Shown here: positions 46,714-55,877 of the stretch, one piece after another
Layout of the letters: every line of letters begins with the position of its first letter
Numbering within the stretch: the stretch's first letter is position 1
Assembly (NCBI GenBank): GCA_965216355.1
Contig: CBDCFR010000013.1
Location: 588,883-652,882 of the forward strand
Direction of reading: 5' to 3'
Length of the DNA: 64,000 nucleotides
From: Acidimicrobiales bacterium
GTDB lineage: Bacteria; Actinomycetota; Acidimicrobiia; Acidimicrobiales; SZUA-35
Program-made: the position numbers and the translations under genes
Notes under the pieces: model-generated
The model's input: only the letters and a program-made list of their open reading frames with translations
What the model was told of the DNA's origin: nothing
Databases searched by the model: none

Positions 46714-47658
46714 CTACGACTCGTCGGACGCTGATTCGTCGAGCGCGGATTCGTCAAGTTCCGTTTCGTCAAGCTCCACCACGTCGGCGAAGATTACCCG
46801 AGCCTCGATCAGTACGCAGGCGGCGGGGAAGAAGTCGTCGGCCTCGTCGACATTGTCCATCAGATCGAACATGTATTGGTGTTGATCGGCGTACTCCAGC
46901 TCATCGACCGTTTCGACAACGGCCGGCCGGCGTAGCTCGGCGATTGGTACCGAAGTTAGGGGAAGGTCGGTCAGGTCGGTCCACCGGGCATGCACCCACA
47001 CGACGCTGCGTTTGCCGAACCGCAAGGCCCGGGGAGTGATCTGCAGGCCCTTCGTTTTGGCGTAGAGCAGAGCTAGATCGAGGGCGTCATCGGTGGGCCG
47101 TAGCCGAAGCTCCCACCAGTGTGTGCCGGTGCGGGGTGGTCGCCCGGCGGATCGCCACAGATCGCCAAGTGTGCATGGCCGAATGTGTTCGATGTTGGCC
47201 ACGAGCGAGTTGTGGCGGGGCGCGCCGGTTGCCGTCTCGTTCTCCAGGTACTGCTCAAATCGTCGGAGGAACGCCGCTCGATACTCGTCGGCCACCCACA
47301 CCTGGGCGTGTTGCAGCGACCAACCGGTTTCAGGGTGATCGCTGAGTAGCAGCCACATCGGCCGTGGGTTCGGTCGGTGTCGGCTGTACTGCTCCAAGGA
47401 GTCGGTCTTCAGCCGATGTTCGTGAGCCCCCTCAACCACGATGATGCTGCCGTTGGCGCGGAGGCCGTCGAGATCCAACCGATCTCGGGCCTGATCGAGC
47501 TGAGCCCAAGCGGCGTTGAGTTCGGAGATGAGGCGACGCCCATGTTTGCGGCGCGCCACCTTTCGAATCGAGGGCACGTTGCGCCTCGGCTTCGATGCCG
47601 CTTGAGACGTCTTGCCAAGAATGAGAAGAGGTGAAAACCGGTCAGGATGATCCGCCAC
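46714..47658 (-). CDS. hypothetical protein resembling the N-terminal (non-catalytic) region of a class of S8 peptidases, with an acidic C-terminal tail
   Basis: The track ORF runs to 48033 but that extension overlaps the carboxylase gene, so I place the start at GTG 47658. Notable strings are PLLILGKTSQAASKPRR...RRKHGRRLISELNAAW, HWWELRLRP, ALRFGKRSVVWVHA, PIAELRRP, and the tail VELDETELDESALDESASDES. No peptidase domain follows. Confidence 0.5.
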   Translation of the reverse strand: MADHPDRFSPLLILGKTSQAASKPRRNVPSIRKVARRKHGRRLISELNAAWAQLDQARDRLDLDGLRANGSIIVVEGAHEHRLKTDSLEQYSRHRPNPRPMWLLLSDHPETGWSLQHAQVWVADEYRAAFLRRFEQYLENETATGAPRHNSLVANIEHIRPCTLGDLWRSAGRPPRTGTHWWELRLRPTDDALDLALLYAKTKGLQITPRALRFGKRSVVWVHARWTDLTDLPLTSVPIAELRRPAVVETVDELEYADQHQYMFDLMDNVDEADDFFPAACVLIEARVIFADVVELDETELDESALDESASDES

Positions 47659-47788
47659 AACCTTGATCCGTTCTGCTGGAGGGTGTGATTCCGAGACTAC
47701 ATTCGTGTGGGCACGCTGGCCACTGGCGCCCGGGTGTAACTGGGAGGCGATTCGGAGCTGACCCTGACCCGGTGCCACACTCGTTGCC

Positions 47789-50700
47789 ATGAACGAAACG
47801 CCACCGGAACGCCCGCCCAAGTTGCTGGTTGCAAATCGGGCTGAGATTGCGTGCCGAATGCTTTCGGCTGCGGCTGAAATCGGGTGGCGGACGGTGGCAG
47901 TTGCGCCGTCTGACGACATGGCCTGCGCCCACACCGGTTTGGCTGATGAAGTCGCGTTGTTGGACGGCCACGGTCCAGCGGCGTACCTCGATATCGAACA
48001 ACTGGTGACCGTGGCCCGCGATCGCGGTTGCACGGTGGTTCATCCGGGCTACGGGTTCCTGGCCGAAAACGCCGAGTTTGCCGCGGCCATTGAAGCAGCC
48101 GGACTTGTATTCGCCGGACCCGCTCCCGTAACGATCGTCCGCTTCGGCGATAAGTCGAAGGCCCGTGATCTTGCCGCCGAGCTCGGCGTTCCAACCGTGC
48201 CCGGCAGCGGCGTGTTACCCGACGCTCAGGTGGCCGTCGCCTTCGTGGAAGAACACGGTCCTTCGATGCTGAAGGCCGTCGGTGGTGGCGGCGGACGAGG
48301 CATGCGGATGGTTGAGAGCAACGCCGACGCCGCGGCCGCATACGAACGCTGTTCATCGGAGGCGTTGTCGGCCTTCGGCGACGGACGGGTGTACGCCGAG
48401 AAACTGATCACCGGTGCCCGCCACATCGAAGTTCAAGTGGTGGGTGACAATCACGGAAGCCGCACCCACCTCTGGGAACGCGAATGCACGCTCCAGCGGC
48501 AGAACCAAAAGATCGTCGAGTTGGCGCCCGCTCCGAACCTCGAACCGACACTGCGAGCTGGGCTCCTCGATGCCGCCTTGGCCCTAGCCGACGCAACCGA
48601 CCTCCGTAGCCTCACCACCTTCGAGTTCCTGGTGGCCCCCAACTCTGACGCCGGCGCCGACTTCTACTTCATTGAGGCCAACACCCGGATACAGGTGGAG
48701 CACACGGTCACCGAGGAGGTCACCGGGATCGACTTGGCTCAGACGCAGCTACGGCTGGCGCTGGGGGCCACGCTGAATGAGGTGGGACTGTCGACGGGCG
48801 TCGCCGGGCCACCGCCCCCGGTTGGCCAAGCCGTGCAGCTGCGAGTCAACACCGAGACCATGACCGCCGACGGCAGCGCCAAACCCGCCGGGGGGACGCT
48901 CACCCGCTTCGCCGTTCCGGCCGGGGGACCGCGTCGAAGCGGGGTGCGGGTCGACACTCACGGCTACGCCGGCTACACAACGTCTCCCGCCTTCGACTCT
49001 CTGCTGGCGAAGGTCGTGGTGCACTCCAGCGAGTCAGGGCTGGCCGGACTCGCCAACGCCTACCGGCGGGCCGAGCGTGCGCTATCGGCATTTCGCATCG
49101 AGGGCGTGGCCACCAACAAAGAGTTCCTCCGGGCGTTGATCGCCCACCCCGAAGTGATCGCCAATCAGGTGACCACAACGTTTGTGGCTGAACACGCTGA
49201 GAAGCTACTCGCGTCGTCGGAGTCGGCAGTACCGTCGCACAGCGCCGAGGGTCTTGTCGGCGCGCAGATCGATTCATCCGACCCCCTCGCCGTGCTCGCT
49301 CTCGGAAAGCAGGCCGGCAAGGCCGGTCCGGCTAGCGCCCCGGAGGTGGGCGCCAACTCGATCACCGCCCCTCTGCAGGGCACGATCATCAGCATCGACG
49401 TGAGCTCCGGCGACGAGGTGGTCGCCGGTGCCCAGCTGCTGGTGATGGAGGCGATGAAGATGGAACATGTGATCACCGCGCCGACGGGTGGCGTGGTGGG
49501 CGGCATCAACGTCGAGGTGGGGAACTCGGTTTTCGAAGGCCATCCGTTGCTTACGCTTGAACCCACTGGAGATGCTCAAGCGCTCACTGCTATCGCCGCC
49601 GACCTGGACCTCGATCACATCCGGCCCGACCTGGCCGAGTCGATCGAACGTCACGGCTACGGGCTGGACAAAAACCGGAGCGAGGCGGTGGCCAAACGCC
49701 ACGCCACCGGGCGTCGCACGGCGAGGGAGAACTTGGCGGATCTGGTTGATGAGGGAACGTTCACCGAGTGGGGTCCCTTGGTGGTGGCGGCGCAACGTAA
49801 ACGTCGGAGCCGCCAGGAACTGATCGAGAAGACCCCGGGCGATGGTCTGATCGGTGGGATCGGCAAGGTCAACGGCTCACCGACGATGGTGGTCTCCTAC
49901 GACTACATGGTGTTGGCCGGCACCCAGGGCCATAACAATCACCGCAAGAAGGACCGCCTCTTCGACTTGGCCGCCGACCTTCGAACCCCGGTGGTGCTGT
50001 TCGCCGAAGGTGGAGGCGGCCGTCCGGGTGACACGGATGGCACCGTGGTGGCCGGGCTCGATGGACCGGCATTCACCAAGTGGGCTCAGCTCTCCGGGCA
50101 TGTGCCGCTTGTCGGTATCAACGGCGGCTACTGCTTCGCCGGCAACGCCGCGCTACTTGGCTGCTGCGACGTGATCATCTCCACCCGCGATTCGTACCTC
50201 GGTATGGGCGGCCCGGCCATGATCGAGGGCGGCGGCCTCGGCGTGTATCACCCCACCGAGGTCGGCCCGGTGTCGGTCCAGGAGCCCAACGGCGTGATCG
50301 ACATCCTGGTCGACGACGAAGCGGCCGCCGTGGCTGCGGCGAAGCAGTATCTGTCCTACTTCCAAGGGGCTCGTAGTCAATGGGAGGCCGCCGACCAACG
50401 CATCCTCCGTCATCTCATCCCCGAGAACCGTCTGCGAATCTACGACGTTCGACGGGTGATCGAGACCACGTTCGACAGCGGCTCGGTACTCGAACTCCGG
50501 CGAGGTTTCGGAGCCGGCATGATCACGGCGCTCGCTCGCATCGAGGGTCACCCGGTCGGGGTGATCGCCAACAACCCCGTGCATCTCGCAGGAGCAATCG
50601 ACTCCGACGGCGCCGACAAAGCGGCCCGCTTCATGCAGCTGTGCGACACGTTCGGCCTACCGATCGTCAACTTCTGCGATACGCCCGGGATCATGGTCGG

Positions 50701-51145
50701 CCCCGAAGCCGAGAAGACGGCGCTGGTGCGTCACGCCTCCCGCATGTTCGTGACCGGGGCCAATCTCAGCGTGCCCAGCTGCACGATCGTGCTGCGCAAG
50801 GGTTATGGGCTCGGCGCTCAGGCGATGGCCGGCGGTGACTTCAAAGCCGGGGTGTTCACGGTTGGTTGGCCCACCAGTGAGTTCGGTGGGATGGGCCTCG
50901 AAGGTTTCGTAAAGCTCGGGTACCGCCATGAACTCGCTGCGATCGAAGACCCGCAAGAGCGCATGGCCGAGTTTGAGAAACGGGTGGCCAAGATGTATGA
51001 AGTGGGCAAGGGCGTGAGCCTCGCCGATCACTACGAGATCGACGACGTGATCGACCCGGCCGACACCCGCCGCTGGATCATGGTCATGATCGACACGGCC
51101 CCCGCCGTTGAGACCGGCGATCGCCCCAACATCGACACCTGGTAG
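47789..51145 (+). CDS. single-chain biotin-dependent acyl-CoA carboxylase (biotin carboxylase + BCCP + carboxyltransferase fused)
   Basis: BC domain: KLLVANRAEIACRMLSAAAEIG, MLKAVGGGGGRGMR, EANTRIQVEHTVTE. Biotinyl site: LLVMEAMKMEHVITAP. C-terminal ~520 aa crotonase-fold carboxyltransferase: GGIGKVNG...MVLAGTQG...FAEGGGGRPGD...VIANNPVHLAGAIDSDGADKAARFMQLCDTFGLPIVNFCDTPG. Confidence 0.9.
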   Translation: MNETPPERPPKLLVANRAEIACRMLSAAAEIGWRTVAVAPSDDMACAHTGLADEVALLDGHGPAAYLDIEQLVTVARDRGCTVVHPGYGFLAENAEFAAAIEAAGLVFAGPAPVTIVRFGDKSKARDLAAELGVPTVPGSGVLPDAQVAVAFVEEHGPSMLKAVGGGGGRGMRMVESNADAAAAYERCSSEALSAFGDGRVYAEKLITGARHIEVQVVGDNHGSRTHLWERECTLQRQNQKIVELAPAPNLEPTLRAGLLDAALALADATDLRSLTTFEFLVAPNSDAGADFYFIEANTRIQVEHTVTEEVTGIDLAQTQLRLALGATLNEVGLSTGVAGPPPPVGQAVQLRVNTETMTADGSAKPAGGTLTRFAVPAGGPRRSGVRVDTHGYAGYTTSPAFDSLLAKVVVHSSESGLAGLANAYRRAERALSAFRIEGVATNKEFLRALIAHPEVIANQVTTTFVAEHAEKLLASSESAVPSHSAEGLVGAQIDSSDPLAVLALGKQAGKAGPASAPEVGANSITAPLQGTIISIDVSSGDEVVAGAQLLVMEAMKMEHVITAPTGGVVGGINVEVGNSVFEGHPLLTLEPTGDAQALTAIAADLDLDHIRPDLAESIERHGYGLDKNRSEAVAKRHATGRRTARENLADLVDEGTFTEWGPLVVAAQRKRRSRQELIEKTPGDGLIGGIGKVNGSPTMVVSYDYMVLAGTQGHNNHRKKDRLFDLAADLRTPVVLFAEGGGGRPGDTDGTVVAGLDGPAFTKWAQLSGHVPLVGINGGYCFAGNAALLGCCDVIISTRDSYLGMGGPAMIEGGGLGVYHPTEVGPVSVQEPNGVIDILVDDEAAAVAAAKQYLSYFQGARSQWEAADQRILRHLIPENRLRIYDVRRVIETTFDSGSVLELRRGFGAGMITALARIEGHPVGVIANNPVHLAGAIDSDGADKAARFMQLCDTFGLPIVNFCDTPGIMVGPEAEKTALVRHASRMFVTGANLSVPSCTIVLRKGYGLGAQAMAGGDFKAGVFTVGWPTSEFGGMGLEGFVKLGYRHELAAIEDPQERMAEFEKRVAKMYEVGKGVSLADHYEIDDVIDPADTRRWIMVMIDTAPAVETGDRPNIDTW

Positions 51146-51179
51146 GTTAGGGAACGCAGTTCTGAGCGGAAGGGTGACC

Positions 51180-52745
51180 ATGGGGCCGGCAGACTCGACT
51201 ACGTTTTGGTGCCGTCTACTTCTGGCAGCGTCGCTGCTCGTGGCCGGTGGATGTGGCGCCGCCGATTTTGCCGGCGGCGGCGATGGGCAGGACACCGAGG
51301 CCTCGACGGGCCGTATCAGCTCGGAAACCGGCGAGGATGTTGTGCTTCGCGATCGAGCCAACAGCTACTTCGCCCAGCCGTGGGGAACCGTGATCACCGG
51401 CTCGCTGAGCACCGGCGAGTCGTACTCGATTTCGATGAAAGCGAAGCCTCTTATCGAGAAGGAGAAGAGCGAGCTTTGGCCGATCGTCACGACGATCTAC
51501 ACGTGGTCCGACGGAAAGGAGACGATGATCCTTGTGGTCTCCGATGAGACGGCGCACACCGGTTGGGGTGACTCAGCTGACGCCCAGAGGGTTCTGGCCG
51601 AGCTGATTGTGCTCACCTATCTGCCGCTCGGCGCGACTACGACGTCGTCGACTCCGATTGAGTACATACCCGGCCCACCGGAGACAGGGCTTATCGGCCA
51701 CGAACTCGTAGTCGAGTCGTCGTTGGGACGTAGCGTGGTTCGAGCCATCTCCAAGGAACAGGTCAGCTACGCCATGATCAGCGTGAACCAATCCGGCGAG
51801 GACACCGGCAAGTTCTTCAACTCACTCGCGATTGCGCCTTATGAGCTGCGTGATCTGGCGGCCGAGGCCGCGGCCGACAGCGAATCGTCCGCACTGCTGG
51901 CAGCGGCCGAGCCGTTCACCGACCCACCGTACGGTGAGCGAGAGATGCTGCCGTCCAGCGGTGGTTGGGAGTATCGGAACGCCCCGCCTGAAGGGGCCGA
52001 GGTGCCGGGCATGTTCCCCGACCTTGACGCTCTATTTGTTACGTGCCGGGACGGCGACGGCGAGTCTTGTGACGAGCTGTATTTCGCTGCCGATGACACC
52101 GACGGCGCCATCGCGTATCGGAATTTCGCCGACACATGCGGAGGCCGAACCATAACAGAGCGCTGTACCGACTTGCTTGGAGGCACCGCCTCACGGGCCG
52201 ACCCAATCGAGGAAGGTGTGAGTGCCAAGTTTCGCCGTAGAAACGACGTGTACATCTTGGAGTTGATTCCTCCTCCGACTATGGCACCCCCGGGCACAAA
52301 GCCTGACCTTGATCCCCTCTGGCTCCAGTGCGGCGCCCAACGAGATGGTGCCGCATGCGATGAACTCAGAGCGCGAGGTCCCGATCCTGGCGACGAGATC
52401 TACGCGGCCTTTGGTATCACCTGCGGAGGGCGCAGGCGCGTTTCCGGCGCGGGTTGCGAATACGCGATGGGCAACAAGCCTGTGCCTCCTCCTGGTTCGC
52501 CGGCCCCTGGGCTCGACGCTGGATTGGACGAGCTCTGGGTCCGATGTTCTCGTGAAATGTCGGACTCATGCACCTCGCTGTTCTTCGAGACGGGAGGTGT
52601 CCTCGATGGAGTTCCCAAGGAGGAGCACGACAGGTTCGACAGCTATTTCGTTTGGGCACGAACCTGCGGTGGTGTGCTCGATCATCCCGTCACGCTTTTC
52701 GACTGCACCGACTATCTCTCCTGGCCGATCGCCGGAGAAGGGTAA
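51180..52745 (+). CDS. lipoprotein-like secreted protein with three C-terminal four-Cys repeat modules
   Basis: ATG 51180 is preceded by GGAAGGG. The signal/lipobox-like segment is FWCRLLLAASLLVAGGCGA. The C-terminal repeats are LFVTCRDGDGESCDELYF...FADTCGGRTITERC, LWLQCGAQRDGAACDELRA...FGITCGGRRRVSGAGC and LWVRCSREMSDSCTSLFF...WARTCGGVLDHPVTLFDC. Confidence 0.7.
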   Translation: MGPADSTTFWCRLLLAASLLVAGGCGAADFAGGGDGQDTEASTGRISSETGEDVVLRDRANSYFAQPWGTVITGSLSTGESYSISMKAKPLIEKEKSELWPIVTTIYTWSDGKETMILVVSDETAHTGWGDSADAQRVLAELIVLTYLPLGATTTSSTPIEYIPGPPETGLIGHELVVESSLGRSVVRAISKEQVSYAMISVNQSGEDTGKFFNSLAIAPYELRDLAAEAAADSESSALLAAAEPFTDPPYGEREMLPSSGGWEYRNAPPEGAEVPGMFPDLDALFVTCRDGDGESCDELYFAADDTDGAIAYRNFADTCGGRTITERCTDLLGGTASRADPIEEGVSAKFRRRNDVYILELIPPPTMAPPGTKPDLDPLWLQCGAQRDGAACDELRARGPDPGDEIYAAFGITCGGRRRVSGAGCEYAMGNKPVPPPGSPAPGLDAGLDELWVRCSREMSDSCTSLFFETGGVLDGVPKEEHDRFDSYFVWARTCGGVLDHPVTLFDCTDYLSWPIAGEG

Positions 52746-52813
52746 GGCTGCGCATGTAGCTGCAACGAAATAGGGTCGCCCGTCGACATATATGGTGTGA
52801 AGGGATATGTGGT

Positions 52814-53299
52814 GTGAAGGGCGTGACGAGTAGGCCGACCCAATCGATCGAAGAACTGTTCAAGACCGAACGGCTTGGTCTGATCCGGTTGGGCTATCTG
52901 CTGTCGGGGTCGCGAGAGCAGGCCGAGGACGCCACCCAGATCGCCTTCGCCGAGGCGTCAGCCCGCTGGGATCAGATAGACAACCACACGGCCTATCTCA
53001 AGCGAGTTGTGGTCAACCGCATCAAGGACGAACAGCGGCGATCGGCCCGCCGCCCGACCACCCGTCTACTCCACCGAGATGCCGAACCCGTCACCTCGAT
53101 CCCGGAGATCGACGAGACCTGGGAGCTGATCCAGACCCTTCCGTGGACGCAGCAGGCCGTGGTCGTACTGCGGTTCTATGAGGACCTGCCGCTGGTCGAG
53201 ATCGCAGAGGTACTCGGCCGGCGCCCCTCGACTATCCGATCCGATCTACGCCGAGCACTCACCCGACTTCGAAACACTCTGGGAAAGGCCCAGGCATGA
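52814..53299 (+). CDS. ECF-type RNA polymerase sigma factor
   Basis: Region 2: ERLGLIRLGYLLSGSREQAEDATQIAFAE. Region 4: LPWTQQAVVVLRFYEDLPLVEIAEVLGRRPSTIRSDLRRALTRLR. Confidence 0.85.
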   Translation: MKGVTSRPTQSIEELFKTERLGLIRLGYLLSGSREQAEDATQIAFAEASARWDQIDNHTAYLKRVVVNRIKDEQRRSARRPTTRLLHRDAEPVTSIPEIDETWELIQTLPWTQQAVVVLRFYEDLPLVEIAEVLGRRPSTIRSDLRRALTRLRNTLGKAQA

Positions 53300-54753
53300 G
53301 CGAACCCACCGACCTGATGGAAACAATCGAACCGGAACTCGAAGCGCATTTGCGTCGGACCCTCCAAGCCGTCGCCGCCACGGTCAATGAGGCTCGTGCC
53401 GACGTGAACGACGCTGTGATCTTTGACTCCGCGAAGGGCGCGCGACCGGGTCGCTGGGGTTGGCTGGGTGCAGTTGCCGCGGTGATTCTGGCCGTGGTGG
53501 TAGGTGCGGCCACGTTACGGGATGCCACCGTCCACCCGGCGGCGGAGCTGGCGGCGGGAACCTGGTCGGCGATGGATTCGGGGCCGCTGAGCCCCCGGTT
53601 TGCTCCGTCGGTGGTATGGACCGGCACTGAAATGGTGGTCATCGGTGGCTTCGACCAGTCGGGCGCCGTGTTGAGTGACGGTGCCGCCTACAACCCGTCG
53701 ACCGACACGTGGCGCCCGATCAGCTCAAAGCCCAGCGGCCGGGTTAGCTATCCCGGCCCGTGGCACCAGCAAGCTACGCCCGCGGTGGTTGTCGGAGATC
53801 AGATCCTGACGCTCGCCGAGCCGGTCGACAACAATGAGAGCGGCTGGGGTTGGGATCTCGTGGCCTATGATCTCGCCACCGACACCTGGGCGATCCTCGA
53901 CGAGAACCGGTTTGACCAGCTCCCGACCGACGAACTTGTGTCAACGGCCGGCAGCGCAACCGTCCGGAGCGTACACAGCATGGTGGCGTGGCGGGATCAG
54001 CTCATCGTGTTTGGCCAGGATAGAGACGTGGGCATCCACGGTTGGGCGAGCTTCAATCCGAACACTCGGACCTGGGGCGAGTTCACTCCGGTCGACAACG
54101 TCGAGAACCTCGATGCGTACCCAGCAAGTGTGGGCTCACCGACCCTAATCGATGATCGCTACCTCGTGCTTCTGTTTGAGCTCGGGGCGGCCCGGCCCAA
54201 CCTCGGAGTGGTGATCGATCTCGAACTCGACACCTCGCAACTCATCCCGTCACCGACCGCTCCTGAAGGCGAGGTCGCTGATGATCGGACGATCTACAAC
54301 TTTGGAATCTGGTCGAACGGCACCGCCGGGACGGTGATGGCCGGCGAAGCCATCAGCAATGAAGGGCAGGCCTGGAGGGTCGCAGCGATCCTTGATCCAG
54401 GAACCGCCGAGTTGAGCCTGGCGACGCCACCGTCCAAGGGTCCGTTGGGAGAAGGACCAGGAGCTATGGTGGCGATCCCCGGTGGCTACCTGACCGTCGG
54501 TGGTCTCACGATACCCGGCCGGTCGGGCGGTCTCGAGGTCGAATCGGTTGTGCTGGTGACCGACAAACAACTGACCCGATGGGTGGATGCCCCCAAGCCT
54601 CCGATCGATATCAACCGAACCGAGCACGCCGCCATCTGGACCGGGAAGCAGGTACTCATCTGGGGCGGCGCGACCGTCTCTCCCGATGGCCCGATCAATC
54701 GAGCCGATCAACCTCTCGGCGACGGTGCCCTCTTCACCCCCGGTTCAGGCTAA
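53296..54753 (+). CDS. membrane-anchored anti-sigma-like protein with a Kelch-type beta-propeller
   Basis: It overlaps the sigma gene by ATGA. The TM helix is WGWLGAVAAVILAVVVGAA. Kelch-like blades include LSPRFAPSVVWTGTEMVVIGGFDQSGAVLSDGAAYNPSTDTWRPI, ...VAWRDQLIVFG...FNPNTRTWGEF and ...HAAIWTGKQVLIWGG. Confidence 0.75.
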   Translation: MSEPTDLMETIEPELEAHLRRTLQAVAATVNEARADVNDAVIFDSAKGARPGRWGWLGAVAAVILAVVVGAATLRDATVHPAAELAAGTWSAMDSGPLSPRFAPSVVWTGTEMVVIGGFDQSGAVLSDGAAYNPSTDTWRPISSKPSGRVSYPGPWHQQATPAVVVGDQILTLAEPVDNNESGWGWDLVAYDLATDTWAILDENRFDQLPTDELVSTAGSATVRSVHSMVAWRDQLIVFGQDRDVGIHGWASFNPNTRTWGEFTPVDNVENLDAYPASVGSPTLIDDRYLVLLFELGAARPNLGVVIDLELDTSQLIPSPTAPEGEVADDRTIYNFGIWSNGTAGTVMAGEAISNEGQAWRVAAILDPGTAELSLATPPSKGPLGEGPGAMVAIPGGYLTVGGLTIPGRSGGLEVESVVLVTDKQLTRWVDAPKPPIDINRTEHAAIWTGKQVLIWGGATVSPDGPINRADQPLGDGALFTPGSG

Positions 54754-54781
54754 GCAGTTCTGAGCAGTACACTGGAATCTC

Positions 54782-55852
54782 GTGGGCTTACAAGATATTC
54801 CGCTAGGTCTGACGTTCGACGATGTGCTTCTCGTACCTCGAAGGTCGGATATCCGCTCTCGTCAAGACGTCTCCGTCGCCACGAAACTTTCCAAGCGCAT
54901 CGAGCTTGAGATTCCCATCGTGGCCGCCAACATGGACACCGTCTGCGAAACCGACATGGCCATCGAGATGGGCCGTCTCGGCGGCATTGGGATCATTCAT
55001 CGATTCCTCACCGTCGAAGATCAGGCCACGATGGTGGGCAAGGTCAAGGCCGAGGGTCTTAAGGTGGGCGCCGCCATCGGCACTGACCGCGACGCCATCG
55101 ATCGCACCCATGCCTTGGTCGACGCCGGTGTCGACGTTGTGGTGCTCGACATCGCCCACGGTCACGCCGGACACGCGCTGGAGATGACAGCTAAACTCAA
55201 GGGCGAGTTCCCCAATGTCGACCTGATCGCCGGTAATGTCGCCACCCGAGCCGGAGCCGAAGACTTGGCCGCGGCCGGAGCCGACGCGGTGAAGGTCGGG
55301 GTCGGTCCGGGCGGTGTGTGCACAACCCGGCTGGTTGCCGGGGTTGGTGTGCCTCAGCTCACCGCGATCGACAACTGCGCGTCCAAACCGCTGCTCGACT
55401 CCGACGGCGACCTTGTGCCTGTGATCGCCGACGGTGGCATCAAAACCTCAGCCGACATCGCCAAGGCCCTCGCCTGCGGGGCCAGCACCGTGATGATCGG
55501 CAGCATCCTGGCCGGCACCAAGGAAAGCCCCGGCCAGGTGGAGCAGTCGCCCAACGGACTCGTCAAACGAGTGCGGGGTATGGCCTCGTTTGAAGCGCTG
55601 AGCGCCCGGGCCCTACGAGAAGGCGGTGTGGTCGACCAGGAGTACTTCGAGCAACGCTCACCCGAAGGCGTGGAAGGCACGGTGCCGTATCGAGGTGAAG
55701 CTGGCCGGATCATCGCCAAGCTGGTGGCCGGGCTGCGCTCGGGTATGAGCTACAGCGATGCCCGCACCATCGAAGAGTTCTGGACCAAAGCCAAGTTTGT
55801 TCGGGTCACGGCCAACGGCGTGAGAGAGAACAAGCCGCACGCCACGCTGTAG
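54782..55852 (+). CDS. IMP dehydrogenase/GMP reductase family protein lacking the CBS subdomain (GuaB3-like)
   Basis: The N-terminus reads [46 protein letters not shown]. The catalytic loop is [25 protein letters not shown], and [27 protein letters not shown] is present. At 356 aa there is no CBS insert. Confidence 0.85.
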   Translation: MGLQDIPLGLTFDDVLLVPRRSDIRSRQDVSVATKLSKRIELEIPIVAANMDTVCETDMAIEMGRLGGIGIIHRFLTVEDQATMVGKVKAEGLKVGAAIGTDRDAIDRTHALVDAGVDVVVLDIAHGHAGHALEMTAKLKGEFPNVDLIAGNVATRAGAEDLAAAGADAVKVGVGPGGVCTTRLVAGVGVPQLTAIDNCASKPLLDSDGDLVPVIADGGIKTSADIAKALACGASTVMIGSILAGTKESPGQVEQSPNGLVKRVRGMASFEALSARALREGGVVDQEYFEQRSPEGVEGTVPYRGEAGRIIAKLVAGLRSGMSYSDARTIEEFWTKAKFVRVTANGVRENKPHATL

Positions 55853-55877
55853 CCGCATAGCTGGTAGGGTCGGCGCC

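Noticed and set aside
47659-48033. N-terminal 125 codons of track ORF 46714..48033 (and ORF 47697..48356)
   Set aside because: These overlap the well-supported carboxylase gene and its upstream region on the other strand. The translation is Arg/Ser/Ala-rich and not protein-like. I therefore moved the gene start to GTG 47658.
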